64,000 nt of DNA. Origin: Cyclobacteriaceae bacterium (GTDB taxonomy: Bacteria > Bacteroidota > Bacteroidia > Cytophagales > Cyclobacteriaceae). The translations under genes and the position numbers were made by a program. Shown here piece after piece: positions 19,675 to 29,051 of the stretch. The notes under the pieces were generated by a model. That model was given only the letters and a program-made list of their open reading frames with translations, did no database searches and was not told the DNA's origin. The first letter of the stretch is position 1. Each line of letters begins with the position of its first letter. The DNA lies in contig JBLHTU010000001.1 of the NCBI GenBank assembly GCA_047627515.1, forward strand, positions 11,883 to 75,882, given 5' to 3'.

Positions 19675-20281
19675 AGTTTTTCCAAGGTTTCACTCTGTCT
19701 TTTCGGTCAATTTTATACCACTGACCAATCCTAACACCTTCTTTCATATTGCCCTCAAAAGTTTGAGCACCTTGAGGATCATAGTATTTCCATAAACCAG
19801 TTTCTAATCCCATAACTAGTTCTCCAGACTGCCATAGCTGGCCGTTATCATGGTAAAAATTCCATTTCCCTTCAGGTAGACCCTCGATATAAGAACCATT
19901 TCTCACAAGAATTGACGTTTCATTGTAGAATGCCCATGCACCTTCATATAGGCCTTCTAAATAAATACCTCTCTTCTCTAAAGCACCATTCATATGATAG
20001 TACCAAGCTGAATCCTGAGGCCTATCACCTAACCAAAACTCTATGGCCTTCACCTGACTATTTGGATAGAAATATTTTTGAACACCACTTAACTCTTCTT
20101 TTTCAAAACTTTGAATGGCATTGATAGCACCATTTTCAAAATAACGGTATGATAGGGTTGTATCAGACCAAATATCATATCTGGATGAAAAATATTGATC
20201 TTGACCATTTACTTGGCAAACAATGGTTAGTAAAACCGAAATTATAATTAGTTTTATATGGCTCATCAAGATTATTTCCAA
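19667..20281 (-). CDS. MORN-variant repeat protein (YwqK-like), secreted
   Basis: 204 aa. Signal peptide, then repeated 'G..EG.W..Y..NG' units ('EGLYEGAWAFYNE', 'EGLPEGKWNFYHDNGQL', 'MGLETGLWKYYDPQG'). Confidence 0.6.
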   Translation of the reverse strand: MEIILMSHIKLIIISVLLTIVCQVNGQDQYFSSRYDIWSDTTLSYRYFENGAINAIQSFEKEELSGVQKYFYPNSQVKAIEFWLGDRPQDSAWYYHMNGALEKRGIYLEGLYEGAWAFYNETSILVRNGSYIEGLPEGKWNFYHDNGQLWQSGELVMGLETGLWKYYDPQGAQTFEGNMKEGVRIGQWYKIDRKDRVKPWKNFN

Positions 20282-20317
20282 AAATATGAATTATGTACTA
20301 TATATAAAATCCACCTA

Positions 20318-21130
20318 GTGAGATCCGTTCGTATCATCATACGAATCATTTGTCTCCTGTCCTTGACGTCAAATTTAGCACAAGATGGGGCTTTTCACGC
20401 AGGCGCAGCTAGCAGCTCCATGGCGGAAACAAATGTAAATATTAGCGATCACTGGTCAGTTTTTAATAATCCTGCTGGTATGGCTACGTTACACGAGCCT
20501 GGTATGCTGCTAGGTTATCGAAGTCAATACGGGATGGCCGCTTTCCAGGTACTTTCAATGGCATTCATTTATCCAGCATTAAATTTCACATCAGCAGTTA
20601 GCTTTCTGCGATTTGGTGATGATATCTATAATCAACAGAAAATCGGCTTTCATTTAGCACATAAACTGCAAATGGTAAGTTTAGGCATTGGCGTGCAATA
20701 CGTACAACATCATTTCAATGAACTCGGAACCTTAGGCGGTATTGCTATAGATTTCGGCGGCATTGCTGAGATCACAGAGTATCTTAGGTTGGGTGCCCAT
20801 ATTTTTAATATTAATCAGGGGGCACTCAATGTTCGTCAACCGATTCCAGTTATTATGCGAGTCGGAATCTCCTATCTACCCTCTGAGAGGTTCATCATAA
20901 CTACAGAACTAGAAAATGACCTAGACCGCTCAGAAGTCCTGAAAATTGGACTTAGTTATCAACTGGTGGAGTGGTTGGATCTTAGAACTGGTTTTGCGAA
21001 CAGCCCCAAAAGTCTTTGTTTTGGATTTGGACTCAGACATGATAAGCTAATAGCTGACTACGCCTACATCACTAGAGCACCAGCAGGTATCATCCATGAA
21101 TTCTCTTTTACGATTTTTCCTGCAAAATGA
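20318..21130 (+). CDS. putative outer-membrane beta-barrel protein (PorV/PorQ-like N-terminal motif)
   Basis: Signal-like 'VRSVRIIIRIICLLSLTSNLAQ', then 'AGAASSSMAETNVNISDHWSVFNNPAGMA' and alternating beta-strand-like sequence. The GTG at 20318 is preferred because the track ATG (20258) overlaps the divergent MORN gene start. Confidence 0.4.
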   Translation: MRSVRIIIRIICLLSLTSNLAQDGAFHAGAASSSMAETNVNISDHWSVFNNPAGMATLHEPGMLLGYRSQYGMAAFQVLSMAFIYPALNFTSAVSFLRFGDDIYNQQKIGFHLAHKLQMVSLGIGVQYVQHHFNELGTLGGIAIDFGGIAEITEYLRLGAHIFNINQGALNVRQPIPVIMRVGISYLPSERFIITTELENDLDRSEVLKIGLSYQLVEWLDLRTGFANSPKSLCFGFGLRHDKLIADYAYITRAPAGIIHEFSFTIFPAK

Positions 21131-23166
21131 AAGCGTTCCGCCTCATCGGAATGATCAGTTTTACCCTTCTTCATTCGTATTCAACATTCGCTCAGGAAAT
21201 AGACCTTGAATCATTTGTAGAACAGAACTTTGACCTTCAATACCAGTCGATTAATTACGAAGATATTTATGAATCGCTCTTCATTTATCACACTAGACCG
21301 CTCAATCTCAACACTGCGACGGAGGATGAACTGACCAATCTCTACCTGCTGAATCGCACTCAAATAGTTAGTTTAATTGCTTACCGTGTCAACTCCGGAC
21401 CTTTACTATCTGTCCACGAATTACAAGTCATCGCTGGGTTCGACCCGAGCACAATCAAAAAAATAATGCCATTTGTTACTTGCAGTAAAACCCTATCAAG
21501 CTTAAAATCAGAGTTAACAAATCAGAGCCAGCAAACGGACAATTATTTAATAGTAAGGCATACGAGAACGATACAGTCAAAAGCTGGATACCAAAACGAT
21601 GACGGATATCTAGGTAGTCCAGATCATGTGTATGCACGGTGGCGTCTGAGTGATCCTGACAATTTTAGTCTTGGATTCACGACCGAGAAAGATGCGGGAG
21701 AAGCTATTAAATGGAATGACCAAGTCAAAGGGTTTGATTATTGGTCCTTTCACGCACAAATCAAAAATATGGGTGCAATCAGTAACCTAGTCATTGGAGA
21801 TTATCAACTCCAGTTTGGCCAAGGGCTCGTCTTTGGTGCTGGTTTCGCGCCTGGCAAGGGAGCTGAAACTATTCTTACAACACGAAGAGGTAATACTGGA
21901 TTACGGCCTTTTGCCTCGGTCATAGAATCTGGCTTTTTCAGAGGCGTAGCAACTACTGTAGAACTCCGAGACCTGGATGTCACCCTGTTTTATTCTAACC
22001 TTAATCAAGATGGTAATAGACAACTAGATACAACCTACAGTGCAGACGAGGAATTTTTCAATTCCATTCAAGTAACTGGAATGCACAGAACTGCGAAAGA
22101 ATTGGCAGCAAAAAATCAAATCAATGAAAACTCCTTTGGCGCAAACATTCTGTTTCAAAAACATCCTCGTTTCAACTTGGGTCTTACTTTACTATCAAAT
22201 CAATTTGACCGGCCTATCATAAAAAAGCCCACAACTTATAACCGTTATGAGTTTACAGGAAAACAAAATATGGTTGGAAGCGCATATATAAACTACACCT
22301 GGCAAAACGTACTGTTATTTGGGGAGTATGCTAGATCCAAATCAAACGGTCAGGCTGTAATTGCAGGCCTAATAGCAACTATAACCCCATCGATAGACCT
22401 CTCAATGGTCTCGCGTAACTACGCAGAAGATTATCATTCATTCTATGGTCAAGCTTTTGGAGAGACGAGTAGGGTGATCAACGAGAAAGGTGTGTACTGG
22501 GGCATTAGTGTTAAACCATCACGTACTCATCAATTTCACGCTTATTATGATCGATTTTTCTTCCCTTGGATTAAGTTCCAGGTAGAGGCTCCTTCAGATG
22601 GTTTCGAATGGCTCGCCAGATATACGTTTGCACCTACAAAAAAAATGTCACTATTCTTGCAACATCGGCTTGAGCACAAGCAAGTAACGGAAACACCATC
22701 AGATCAAAATCTTCAAATTTTAATCGATCGGATTAGAAGACAATCGATAGTCAATTATCAACTGCAAGTCACCAGTCGGCTAGCCATGAAAACCAGAGTG
22801 CAGTTCTCTTCTCTCAATCTTGGCTATGAACGATCGCAAGGATTGCTACTTCTACAAGATGTCAACCTCAGGTTAAGAAAATGGAGCATCAATGCAAGGT
22901 TTGCACTTTTTGATACAGATGACTTTAATAATAGACAATACGTTTTCGAAAGAAATGTCCTATATGCATTTGCCCTTCCAGCTTACTATGGCCAAGGTAC
23001 TAGACAGATGCTCATGGCTGTTTTCAAGCCTAGTAACAAGCTAAATATCTGGTTGCGCATTGCGCGCTTTAAATATCTACACCAAGATGCGATAGGCTCA
23101 GGGTTTGAAAAAAGTATCGGAAACATTCGATCAGAAATTACCTCTCAGATAAGGTTCCGATTCTAA
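21127..23166 (+). CDS. ComEA-type helix-hairpin-helix domain fused to a large predicted outer-membrane beta-barrel
   Basis: 679 aa. Signal peptide 'MKAFRLIGMISFTLLHSYSTFAQE'. Tandem HhH 'LNLNTATEDELTNLYLLNRTQIVSLIAYRVNSGPLLSVHELQVIAGFDPSTIKKIMPFV'. About 550 aa of beta-rich sequence ending in an aromatic terminus '...QIRFRF'. ATGA overlap with the upstream gene. Confidence 0.6.
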   Translation: MKAFRLIGMISFTLLHSYSTFAQEIDLESFVEQNFDLQYQSINYEDIYESLFIYHTRPLNLNTATEDELTNLYLLNRTQIVSLIAYRVNSGPLLSVHELQVIAGFDPSTIKKIMPFVTCSKTLSSLKSELTNQSQQTDNYLIVRHTRTIQSKAGYQNDDGYLGSPDHVYARWRLSDPDNFSLGFTTEKDAGEAIKWNDQVKGFDYWSFHAQIKNMGAISNLVIGDYQLQFGQGLVFGAGFAPGKGAETILTTRRGNTGLRPFASVIESGFFRGVATTVELRDLDVTLFYSNLNQDGNRQLDTTYSADEEFFNSIQVTGMHRTAKELAAKNQINENSFGANILFQKHPRFNLGLTLLSNQFDRPIIKKPTTYNRYEFTGKQNMVGSAYINYTWQNVLLFGEYARSKSNGQAVIAGLIATITPSIDLSMVSRNYAEDYHSFYGQAFGETSRVINEKGVYWGISVKPSRTHQFHAYYDRFFFPWIKFQVEAPSDGFEWLARYTFAPTKKMSLFLQHRLEHKQVTETPSDQNLQILIDRIRRQSIVNYQLQVTSRLAMKTRVQFSSLNLGYERSQGLLLLQDVNLRLRKWSINARFALFDTDDFNNRQYVFERNVLYAFALPAYYGQGTRQMLMAVFKPSNKLNIWLRIARFKYLHQDAIGSGFEKSIGNIRSEITSQIRFRF

Positions 23167-23343
23167 GAAATAAGTTTCCCATACGAACAGCAAGCATCAA
23201 GCTCAACAGTTGTCTAAATGCTGCCTGTATTCTCTGCAAGTAACATTCCACGATTATTATCGAAGAGCCTATTTCCACTAAAACTATTTTAAATTATTCA
23301 TATGTAACTACATATAATGTATTTACGTATATTTGATGAGCCT

Positions 23344-23940
23344 ATGAAAAACATGAAACCTTATCAGAAAAAATCAAAAGATCAATCGTTCGAATTACTT
23401 GACTTAATCAAGAACAGGTTTAGTCCTCGCGCTTTTGCAAGACAACCGATCAGTGAAGACCATACCCACGTGCTACTGGAGTCTGCAAGATGGGCACCTT
23501 CCAGTATGAATATGCAGCCTTGGAGGTTTCTGTATGCATATCAAGGGGAAAAATCATTTGAACTCATGGTAGATTCCTTGATGGAAGGCAATAAGCCATG
23601 GGCTAAGAAGGCCTCTCTCCTCATTTTAACCATGATAATACCGGTCACAGAATCGGGTGAAGAAAATCACTATGCATTGCATGATTTGGGTCTGGCAATG
23701 GGTCAGCTAAGCATACAAGCGGAAGCATTGTCTATTGGCATACATCAGATGGGTGGATTTTCTAAGCAACGAGCAATAGAGCTACTGGGATTACCAAGTG
23801 AACTAATTCCTGTCACCATCAATGCACTAGGCTATTATGGCGATCCATCTACATTAAAGGAGCCATTTCAATCTCGAGAAACGTCCGTCAGAAATAGACT
23901 TGATTTATCTCAAATTAGTTTTCATCAAAAAATATCTTAA
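23344..23940 (+). CDS. nitroreductase family protein
   Basis: 'RFSPRAFARQPI' and 'ARWAPSSMNMQPWRF'. An internal ATG was chosen as start, and the exact start is uncertain. Confidence 0.8.
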   Translation: MKNMKPYQKKSKDQSFELLDLIKNRFSPRAFARQPISEDHTHVLLESARWAPSSMNMQPWRFLYAYQGEKSFELMVDSLMEGNKPWAKKASLLILTMIIPVTESGEENHYALHDLGLAMGQLSIQAEALSIGIHQMGGFSKQRAIELLGLPSELIPVTINALGYYGDPSTLKEPFQSRETSVRNRLDLSQISFHQKIS

Positions 23941-23944
23941 TAAA

Positions 23945-24661
23945 ATGGAATCAATTATTCACACTGCAAATAGCAGAGGCGCGGCAAACTTTGGTTGGTT
24001 GGATAGCAAACACACCTTTAGTTTTGGTAGATACTATAACCCTGAACGCGTACATTTTGGAGCGTTGCGCGTACTCAACGATGATATTGTACAAGGAGGA
24101 ATGGGTTTTGGTACTCACCCTCATGACAACATGGAAATTGTTTCTATTCCCCTCCAAGGGGATCTTGAACATCAGGATAGCGCTGGCAATACCGAAGTCA
24201 TCAAGTCTGGAGATATACAGATCATGAGTGCAGGGACAGGACTCACTCACTCAGAGTACAATCATAGTAAAACTAACAAAGTCAATTTCCTTCAACTTTG
24301 GGTACTCCCCAAAAAGCAAAATATTACTCCTCGATACGAGCAAAAATCCTTTCCGCTAACAAACAGGAAAAACAAATTAACAACTGTCGTATCACCTTCT
24401 GATCCACAGGCGGTTTGGATCAATCAAGATGCTGCATTCACACTTGGTCATCTTGATGAAGGAAAAAAACTAACCTATGACATCCAATTTTCGGGAAATG
24501 GTGTCTATGTATTCGTAACCGAGGGAGCAGGTGATGTCAACGGACTTATACTTGATCAACGAGATGGTGCTGGTTTTGAAAGTGTAGATCAGATCAACAT
24601 TCTAGCAAAAAAAGAGATGCAGCTTCTGATCGTGGAAGTGCCAATGGTTAGACTAGGGTAA
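23945..24661 (+). CDS. pirin family protein (bicupin)
   Basis: 'FGTHPHDNMEIVSIPLQGDLEHQDSAGN' metal motif. ATG at 23945 ('MESIIHTANSRG'). Confidence 0.88.
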   Translation: MESIIHTANSRGAANFGWLDSKHTFSFGRYYNPERVHFGALRVLNDDIVQGGMGFGTHPHDNMEIVSIPLQGDLEHQDSAGNTEVIKSGDIQIMSAGTGLTHSEYNHSKTNKVNFLQLWVLPKKQNITPRYEQKSFPLTNRKNKLTTVVSPSDPQAVWINQDAAFTLGHLDEGKKLTYDIQFSGNGVYVFVTEGAGDVNGLILDQRDGAGFESVDQINILAKKEMQLLIVEVPMVRLG

Positions 24662-24753
24662 GTTTACACTTTGGTGGTTCGTGACAATAGATGTCAATAA
24701 TTAAAAATCCAATTGGCCGTGATATTATAGACGGAAGCAAACTTTGATTATCT

Positions 24754-25158
24754 ATGAGAATTAGTATTATAGTTTTCTGTTTTATATTCATAACCAGCTG
24801 CAATTCGGTAACTAATGAATGCGGTCGGGAATTATTATGTACTGAAGAGTTTAGATCCATCCAAGTTGAAATTGTAGACACGGATGGAAATGCTCTTATG
24901 CTCGACACGTATCAGACCCTACAAGTAATCGGACAAAACCTGTATGATTTTACTGAAGATGGTTTCTTTGGCGATCAAGGTTATTATACCGTACTCACCG
25001 ATGCGCAGTTGAATAGTTTACAAATGGATGGAGAAGTATTTATTTTTCAAGGAACTATCGACGGCTTAGAAGTGATCAATGAATCCTTTACGATCGGTCA
25101 TGACTGTTGTCATATCAGCCTTCTATCAGGTCCGGAAAGGATAACGCTCAGCAATTAA
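24754..25158 (+). CDS. hypothetical Cys-rich lipoprotein
   Basis: 134 aa. Lipobox-like 'FITSCNS' and several further Cys residues. No family recognised. Confidence 0.45.
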   Translation: MRISIIVFCFIFITSCNSVTNECGRELLCTEEFRSIQVEIVDTDGNALMLDTYQTLQVIGQNLYDFTEDGFFGDQGYYTVLTDAQLNSLQMDGEVFIFQGTIDGLEVINESFTIGHDCCHISLLSGPERITLSN

Positions 25159-25241
25159 TCATCAACTCTACTCCGCTTGTCAAATCCAAGCTCGTATTTA
25201 CATCTGTAATTGGCTATGTTTATTGTCAAAGAAAAGATCTT

Positions 25242-26543
25242 ATGACAAATCTAAAACTGTTGGGAGTCGGCTCTCTCTTATTGCTAGCCAATTGGAGTAT
25301 CGCGCAACCAACCAAAGTAAAGAACAAAGCCATCACGCTAGCTGATCAAGTAGAACAGAAAATGATTGAGTGGCGGCACGATATGCACGAAAACCCCGAG
25401 CTGTCAAATCGTGAATTCAATACGGCAAAAAAAATTGCAGCACATCTGACAGCTCTAGGCATGGACGTTCAAACAGACATAGCTATCACGGGTGTAGTTG
25501 GTATACTGAAAGGCGATAAGCCAGGACCAGTTGTAGGGTTAAGAGCAGACATCGATGCATTGCCCGTCACTGAGCGTGTAGAGATCCCTTGGGCATCAAA
25601 GGCTGTTTCGACCTACAATAACATAGAAACTGGGGTAATGCACGCATGTGGTCACGATACTCATATCGCCATCCTGATGGCAACGGCAGAGGTTTTGACT
25701 CAAATGAAATCCGAGTTACGTGGTACAGTAAAGTTTGTCTTTCAGCCAGCTGAAGAAGGAGCCCCTCCAGGCGAAGAAGGCGGAGCCAAATTAATGGTAA
25801 AGGAAGGTGTCTTAAAAAACCCTGACATCGATGTTATGTTTGGTTTGCATATCAATGCCCAGACTCCTGTGGGTAAAGTCACCTATAAATCAGGAGGCAC
25901 ACTAGCCGCTGCTGATCGATGGGTGATGCAGATTAAAGGAAAGCAATCACATGGTTCTGCTCCTTGGTCTGGTATCGATCCTATTGTGACAGCCGCTCAA
26001 ATCATTACAGGTATGCAGACAGTTATTAGTCGTCAAGCAGAGCTAACAAATGAAGCCGCTGTGCTTTCCGTAGGACTTATCAGAGGTGGAGTAAGAAACA
26101 ATATCATCCCAGAATCTGTCGAAATGATTGGCACCATTCGTACTTTAGATATTGCCATGCAAGACAAACTTCATGCAGACTTTAGAAGAGTGGCAACTAA
26201 TATTGGTGAAGCAATGGGTGCGACAGTAGACTTGGAAATCAAGAAGATTGTCCCAATCACATACAATGACCCAATACTAACCAGCAAAACTGTGCCTTTT
26301 ATAGAAGCGATGATAGGAAAGGAAAATGTTGCGACTAAGAAAGCAATCACTGGTGCAGAAGACTTCTCCTTTTTTGCCAATGAAGTTCCTAGCTTCTTCT
26401 TTTTTGTAGGTGGATGTCCTGAAGGAACTGATCCAAGTGAAGCAGCTCCACATCATACACCTGACTTTTACGTAGATGATTCCGGAATGAAGACCGGACT
26501 CAAAGCCATGCTAGCAGCTACACTCGGATATATGTATAACTAG
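25242..26543 (+). CDS. M20D-family amidohydrolase (hippurate hydrolase/aminoacylase-like), secreted
   Basis: 'HENPELSNREF', 'MHACGHDTH', 'FQPAEEG', 'HHTPDF'. Signal peptide from the ATG at 25242 ('MTNLKLLGVGSLLLLANWSIAQ'). Confidence 0.85.
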   Translation: MTNLKLLGVGSLLLLANWSIAQPTKVKNKAITLADQVEQKMIEWRHDMHENPELSNREFNTAKKIAAHLTALGMDVQTDIAITGVVGILKGDKPGPVVGLRADIDALPVTERVEIPWASKAVSTYNNIETGVMHACGHDTHIAILMATAEVLTQMKSELRGTVKFVFQPAEEGAPPGEEGGAKLMVKEGVLKNPDIDVMFGLHINAQTPVGKVTYKSGGTLAAADRWVMQIKGKQSHGSAPWSGIDPIVTAAQIITGMQTVISRQAELTNEAAVLSVGLIRGGVRNNIIPESVEMIGTIRTLDIAMQDKLHADFRRVATNIGEAMGATVDLEIKKIVPITYNDPILTSKTVPFIEAMIGKENVATKKAITGAEDFSFFANEVPSFFFFVGGCPEGTDPSEAAPHHTPDFYVDDSGMKTGLKAMLAATLGYMYN

Positions 26544-26561
26544 TGAGCTACTCATAAAATC

Positions 26562-26602
26562 AAAAAAAGCCGCCAGAATTAATATTCTAGGCGGCTTTTT
26601 TG
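26562..26602. terminator. bidirectional rho-independent terminator
   Basis: 'aaaaaaAGCCGCCagaattaatattctaGGCGGCTtttttt'. A GC stem flanked by an A-run and a T-run, lying between convergent genes. Confidence 0.8.
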
Positions 26603-26616
26603 TACTGACCGGACCC

Positions 26617-28368
26617 TTATTTTAAGCTCCAAAGTTTTTCGTATCCTATATCGCCTTCTTGTGCCTTCAATTCCTTCAATGAAGTCCCAAGAAGCTCAAT
26701 AACTCGATCCAAGTTCATGATCTCGTTCATTTGTGCCATCATATCGGATCCTTCTTTGTAACTGTCACTAATACCCTGACCGGAACCACTGATTTGACCT
26801 TGACCGTAAACTGTTGGACCTACTTTCCATCCATTAGTATCACCTGCCATTTTAAAGCTTAACATCGGACTAAGTGCACCATCTTCCCAAGCCATACGAC
26901 AGTCTAGTGTCACACTTACGATAGCATCTACACCTAGTTCTCGAACCAACTTAACGTCAGGCATGTCAGCAGGAAAGGTCGTGCTGATACTACCTAGTAT
27001 TTCAGACATTTGGGTAGGAATCAACAGCTTACAATTCTTGTAAGGCTTTACGACCACCTCTGTTGCCACAGTATCCTGTACGGAAAACATATTATCATAT
27101 GATTGTGCTGCAATCGTCTGCTCAATACCTATAACCTCTACTCCTAATGTACTTTCTAATTCCGTTTTGAATTTCTGATAAGCTTCAGCAACCAGCGCAT
27201 CCCAAAAAGCGTCTGGCAGCTCGGGGAAAGTCTTAGTAGTAGTCGTTGTTGTCTTAGTCGTGACATTTCCGACGGTAGATGAAGATGAACTGCTTTGTTG
27301 TTGCTTCAGCTCGGTAGCCCTCACCACGAAAGAAGCTATCGCTACCTTCTTGGCTTGAGAGAAGGGAGGTGACCAAAAAGCATTTGATTTTGTAAAATTG
27401 GTCTTAAAGCCATCATCATACTTGTTTGTAACGGCAGCTGTATTCTTATCGTAACCGACACCAAGTATCGTTTCACCTTCTCCTTCAAAAGTGATCTTTG
27501 TCCAGTCTGAAGACATGGAAACTACCTGTGCTGCTCCGACACCATCCACATCCTCCACTATTTCTTTGACGCGAGTCACCTGCAAATAATTATCTCCTTG
27601 GATATACTTTAAAGCTGGCGTTGAAGTATTTGAAAATGCTTCTTTTGGTATAACAATACGATCAGCACTCTTAAAGAGGCCAATATCATTGAATGTCTTA
27701 ATACCCATAACCACACCTAGTACCTGCACATAAAAATCCTCTGTTCCCCCTTCTGGGTGATTCAATTCAAGAATTAGATCCTCATCAATTTTGATAGTAA
27801 CAGGCTGTCCTTTTGGAACTCCATTGATAGATATGATTTCGATTGGCTCGACGGAAGGGGTACTAAAAGTAGCCTTTTGACCTGTTATCGTTGTAATTTC
27901 GAATGTATGAGTGCCCGCACTCGCCGCAACTGGACCTCCATAAAAACCATTGGCTACATGCTCCGTCTCGGCTCCGTCTATCATCACCGATCCATCAATT
28001 TTATTCATTCCCACACCTTCTCTTTTGAGAAAACTTACGCCTGCCATGGAAGAACCTTCCTCCCAAAAACCGAAATACTCAGTCTCTATCGTTCCAGCCT
28101 CACTAGGATACAAATTATCAGCATATATTACTCTCATCGAGACAGCGGACAGATCATCTGTCGTGGAGGTCAATAAATTACCAGCTAGTTTACCTATTGA
28201 CTTCATAGGATTAAAGTTCTTTGCTTTTGCCTTCATTTTTTCGGCAAATGCACTTGTCTTACTCTCCCCTTCATTCTCTGATTTATCTTTCTTGATCGAT
28301 AGCTGAGCGGTAGCGCTGAAGCTTACCAGCATCAAAATGAACATGAAATATGTGGCGTACTTTCTCAT
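26617..28368 (-). CDS. hypothetical secreted two-domain protein with Ser/Thr-rich linker
   Basis: 583 aa from the ATG at 28368 ('MRKYATYFMFILMLVSFSATAQ' signal peptide). Internal low-complexity linker 'QQQSSSSSSTVGNVTTKTTTTTTKT'. No family recognised. Confidence 0.55.
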   Translation of the reverse strand: MRKYATYFMFILMLVSFSATAQLSIKKDKSENEGESKTSAFAEKMKAKAKNFNPMKSIGKLAGNLLTSTTDDLSAVSMRVIYADNLYPSEAGTIETEYFGFWEEGSSMAGVSFLKREGVGMNKIDGSVMIDGAETEHVANGFYGGPVAASAGTHTFEITTITGQKATFSTPSVEPIEIISINGVPKGQPVTIKIDEDLILELNHPEGGTEDFYVQVLGVVMGIKTFNDIGLFKSADRIVIPKEAFSNTSTPALKYIQGDNYLQVTRVKEIVEDVDGVGAAQVVSMSSDWTKITFEGEGETILGVGYDKNTAAVTNKYDDGFKTNFTKSNAFWSPPFSQAKKVAIASFVVRATELKQQQSSSSSSTVGNVTTKTTTTTTKTFPELPDAFWDALVAEAYQKFKTELESTLGVEVIGIEQTIAAQSYDNMFSVQDTVATEVVVKPYKNCKLLIPTQMSEILGSISTTFPADMPDVKLVRELGVDAIVSVTLDCRMAWEDGALSPMLSFKMAGDTNGWKVGPTVYGQGQISGSGQGISDSYKEGSDMMAQMNEIMNLDRVIELLGTSLKELKAQEGDIGYEKLWSLK

Positions 28369-28568
28369 GATTGTTTTTTGTTGTAAAAGTAGAAATCCGT
28401 ACTGGGCAAGACTATACCATGAAGACGGTATATAGCATGTGAGGAGACGGTATAACGCTAGTCCTAGGTTCGTCGACTCAATGGCCATTACAGACTATCG
28501 ATCATATGAGGTACATCATACACTATGTGAATTTTTAGCAGTATTTTTATCAACTTCATCATTCAAAC

Positions 28569-29048
28569 ATGAAAAACCTACTCACCCTCAAAAACGGTCT
28601 GATCGTTTTTAGCATTATCTTTTTAGCTGCTCAATTAATACGGATAGATAAAATCAATTATACTCAAACTACTTCTAGTGATATCTTCCAAGTATTAGAC
28701 GCTTCTACCAGTGTGCAAGAAATCATCAAAACCGCTTGCTACGATTGTCACTCTAATCAAGTCAAATATCCTTGGTATAGTGAAGTTGCACCAATATCGT
28801 GGTGGTTATCAGATCATATTTCTGAAGCACGAAGTGAACTTAATTTCTCAGAATGGCGAAAATATGATACTAAAAAAGCGTCTCACAAATTAGAGGAGTG
28901 TTTTGAACAGGTCGCAAGAGAAAACATGCCCCTTCCGTCCTACACCTGGATCCATCGAGATGCGAACTTAACGGAAGGTCAGCGTGTAAAACTTGTCGCT
29001 TGGTTCAAGCAGTCCAAACGAGCTATTCAAGCAGACAATCCACAGTAA
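28569..29048 (+). CDS. heme-binding domain-containing protein (Haem_bd family)
   Basis: 159 aa. N-terminal TM segment, then 'CYDCHSNQVKYPWYSEVAPISWWLSDHISEARSELNFSEW'. Confidence 0.75.
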   Translation: MKNLLTLKNGLIVFSIIFLAAQLIRIDKINYTQTTSSDIFQVLDASTSVQEIIKTACYDCHSNQVKYPWYSEVAPISWWLSDHISEARSELNFSEWRKYDTKKASHKLEECFEQVARENMPLPSYTWIHRDANLTEGQRVKLVAWFKQSKRAIQADNPQ

Positions 29049-29051
29049 CCG

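Noticed and set aside
19667-20281. YwqK-type 'antitoxin' suggesting a toxin-antitoxin or polymorphic toxin locus
   Set aside because: The protein has a signal peptide and only MORN-variant repeats. No toxin-like gene is adjacent. Its neighbours are outer-membrane protein genes.
20258-20317. Upstream ATG start for the PorV-like gene
   Set aside because: It would add 20 residues before the signal-peptide-like segment and would overlap the start of the divergent MORN gene. The in-frame GTG at 20318 gives a plausible signal peptide. Similar N-terminal trimming was applied at 10309, 23317, 23900, 25107, 28488, 53007, 59849 and 61654.
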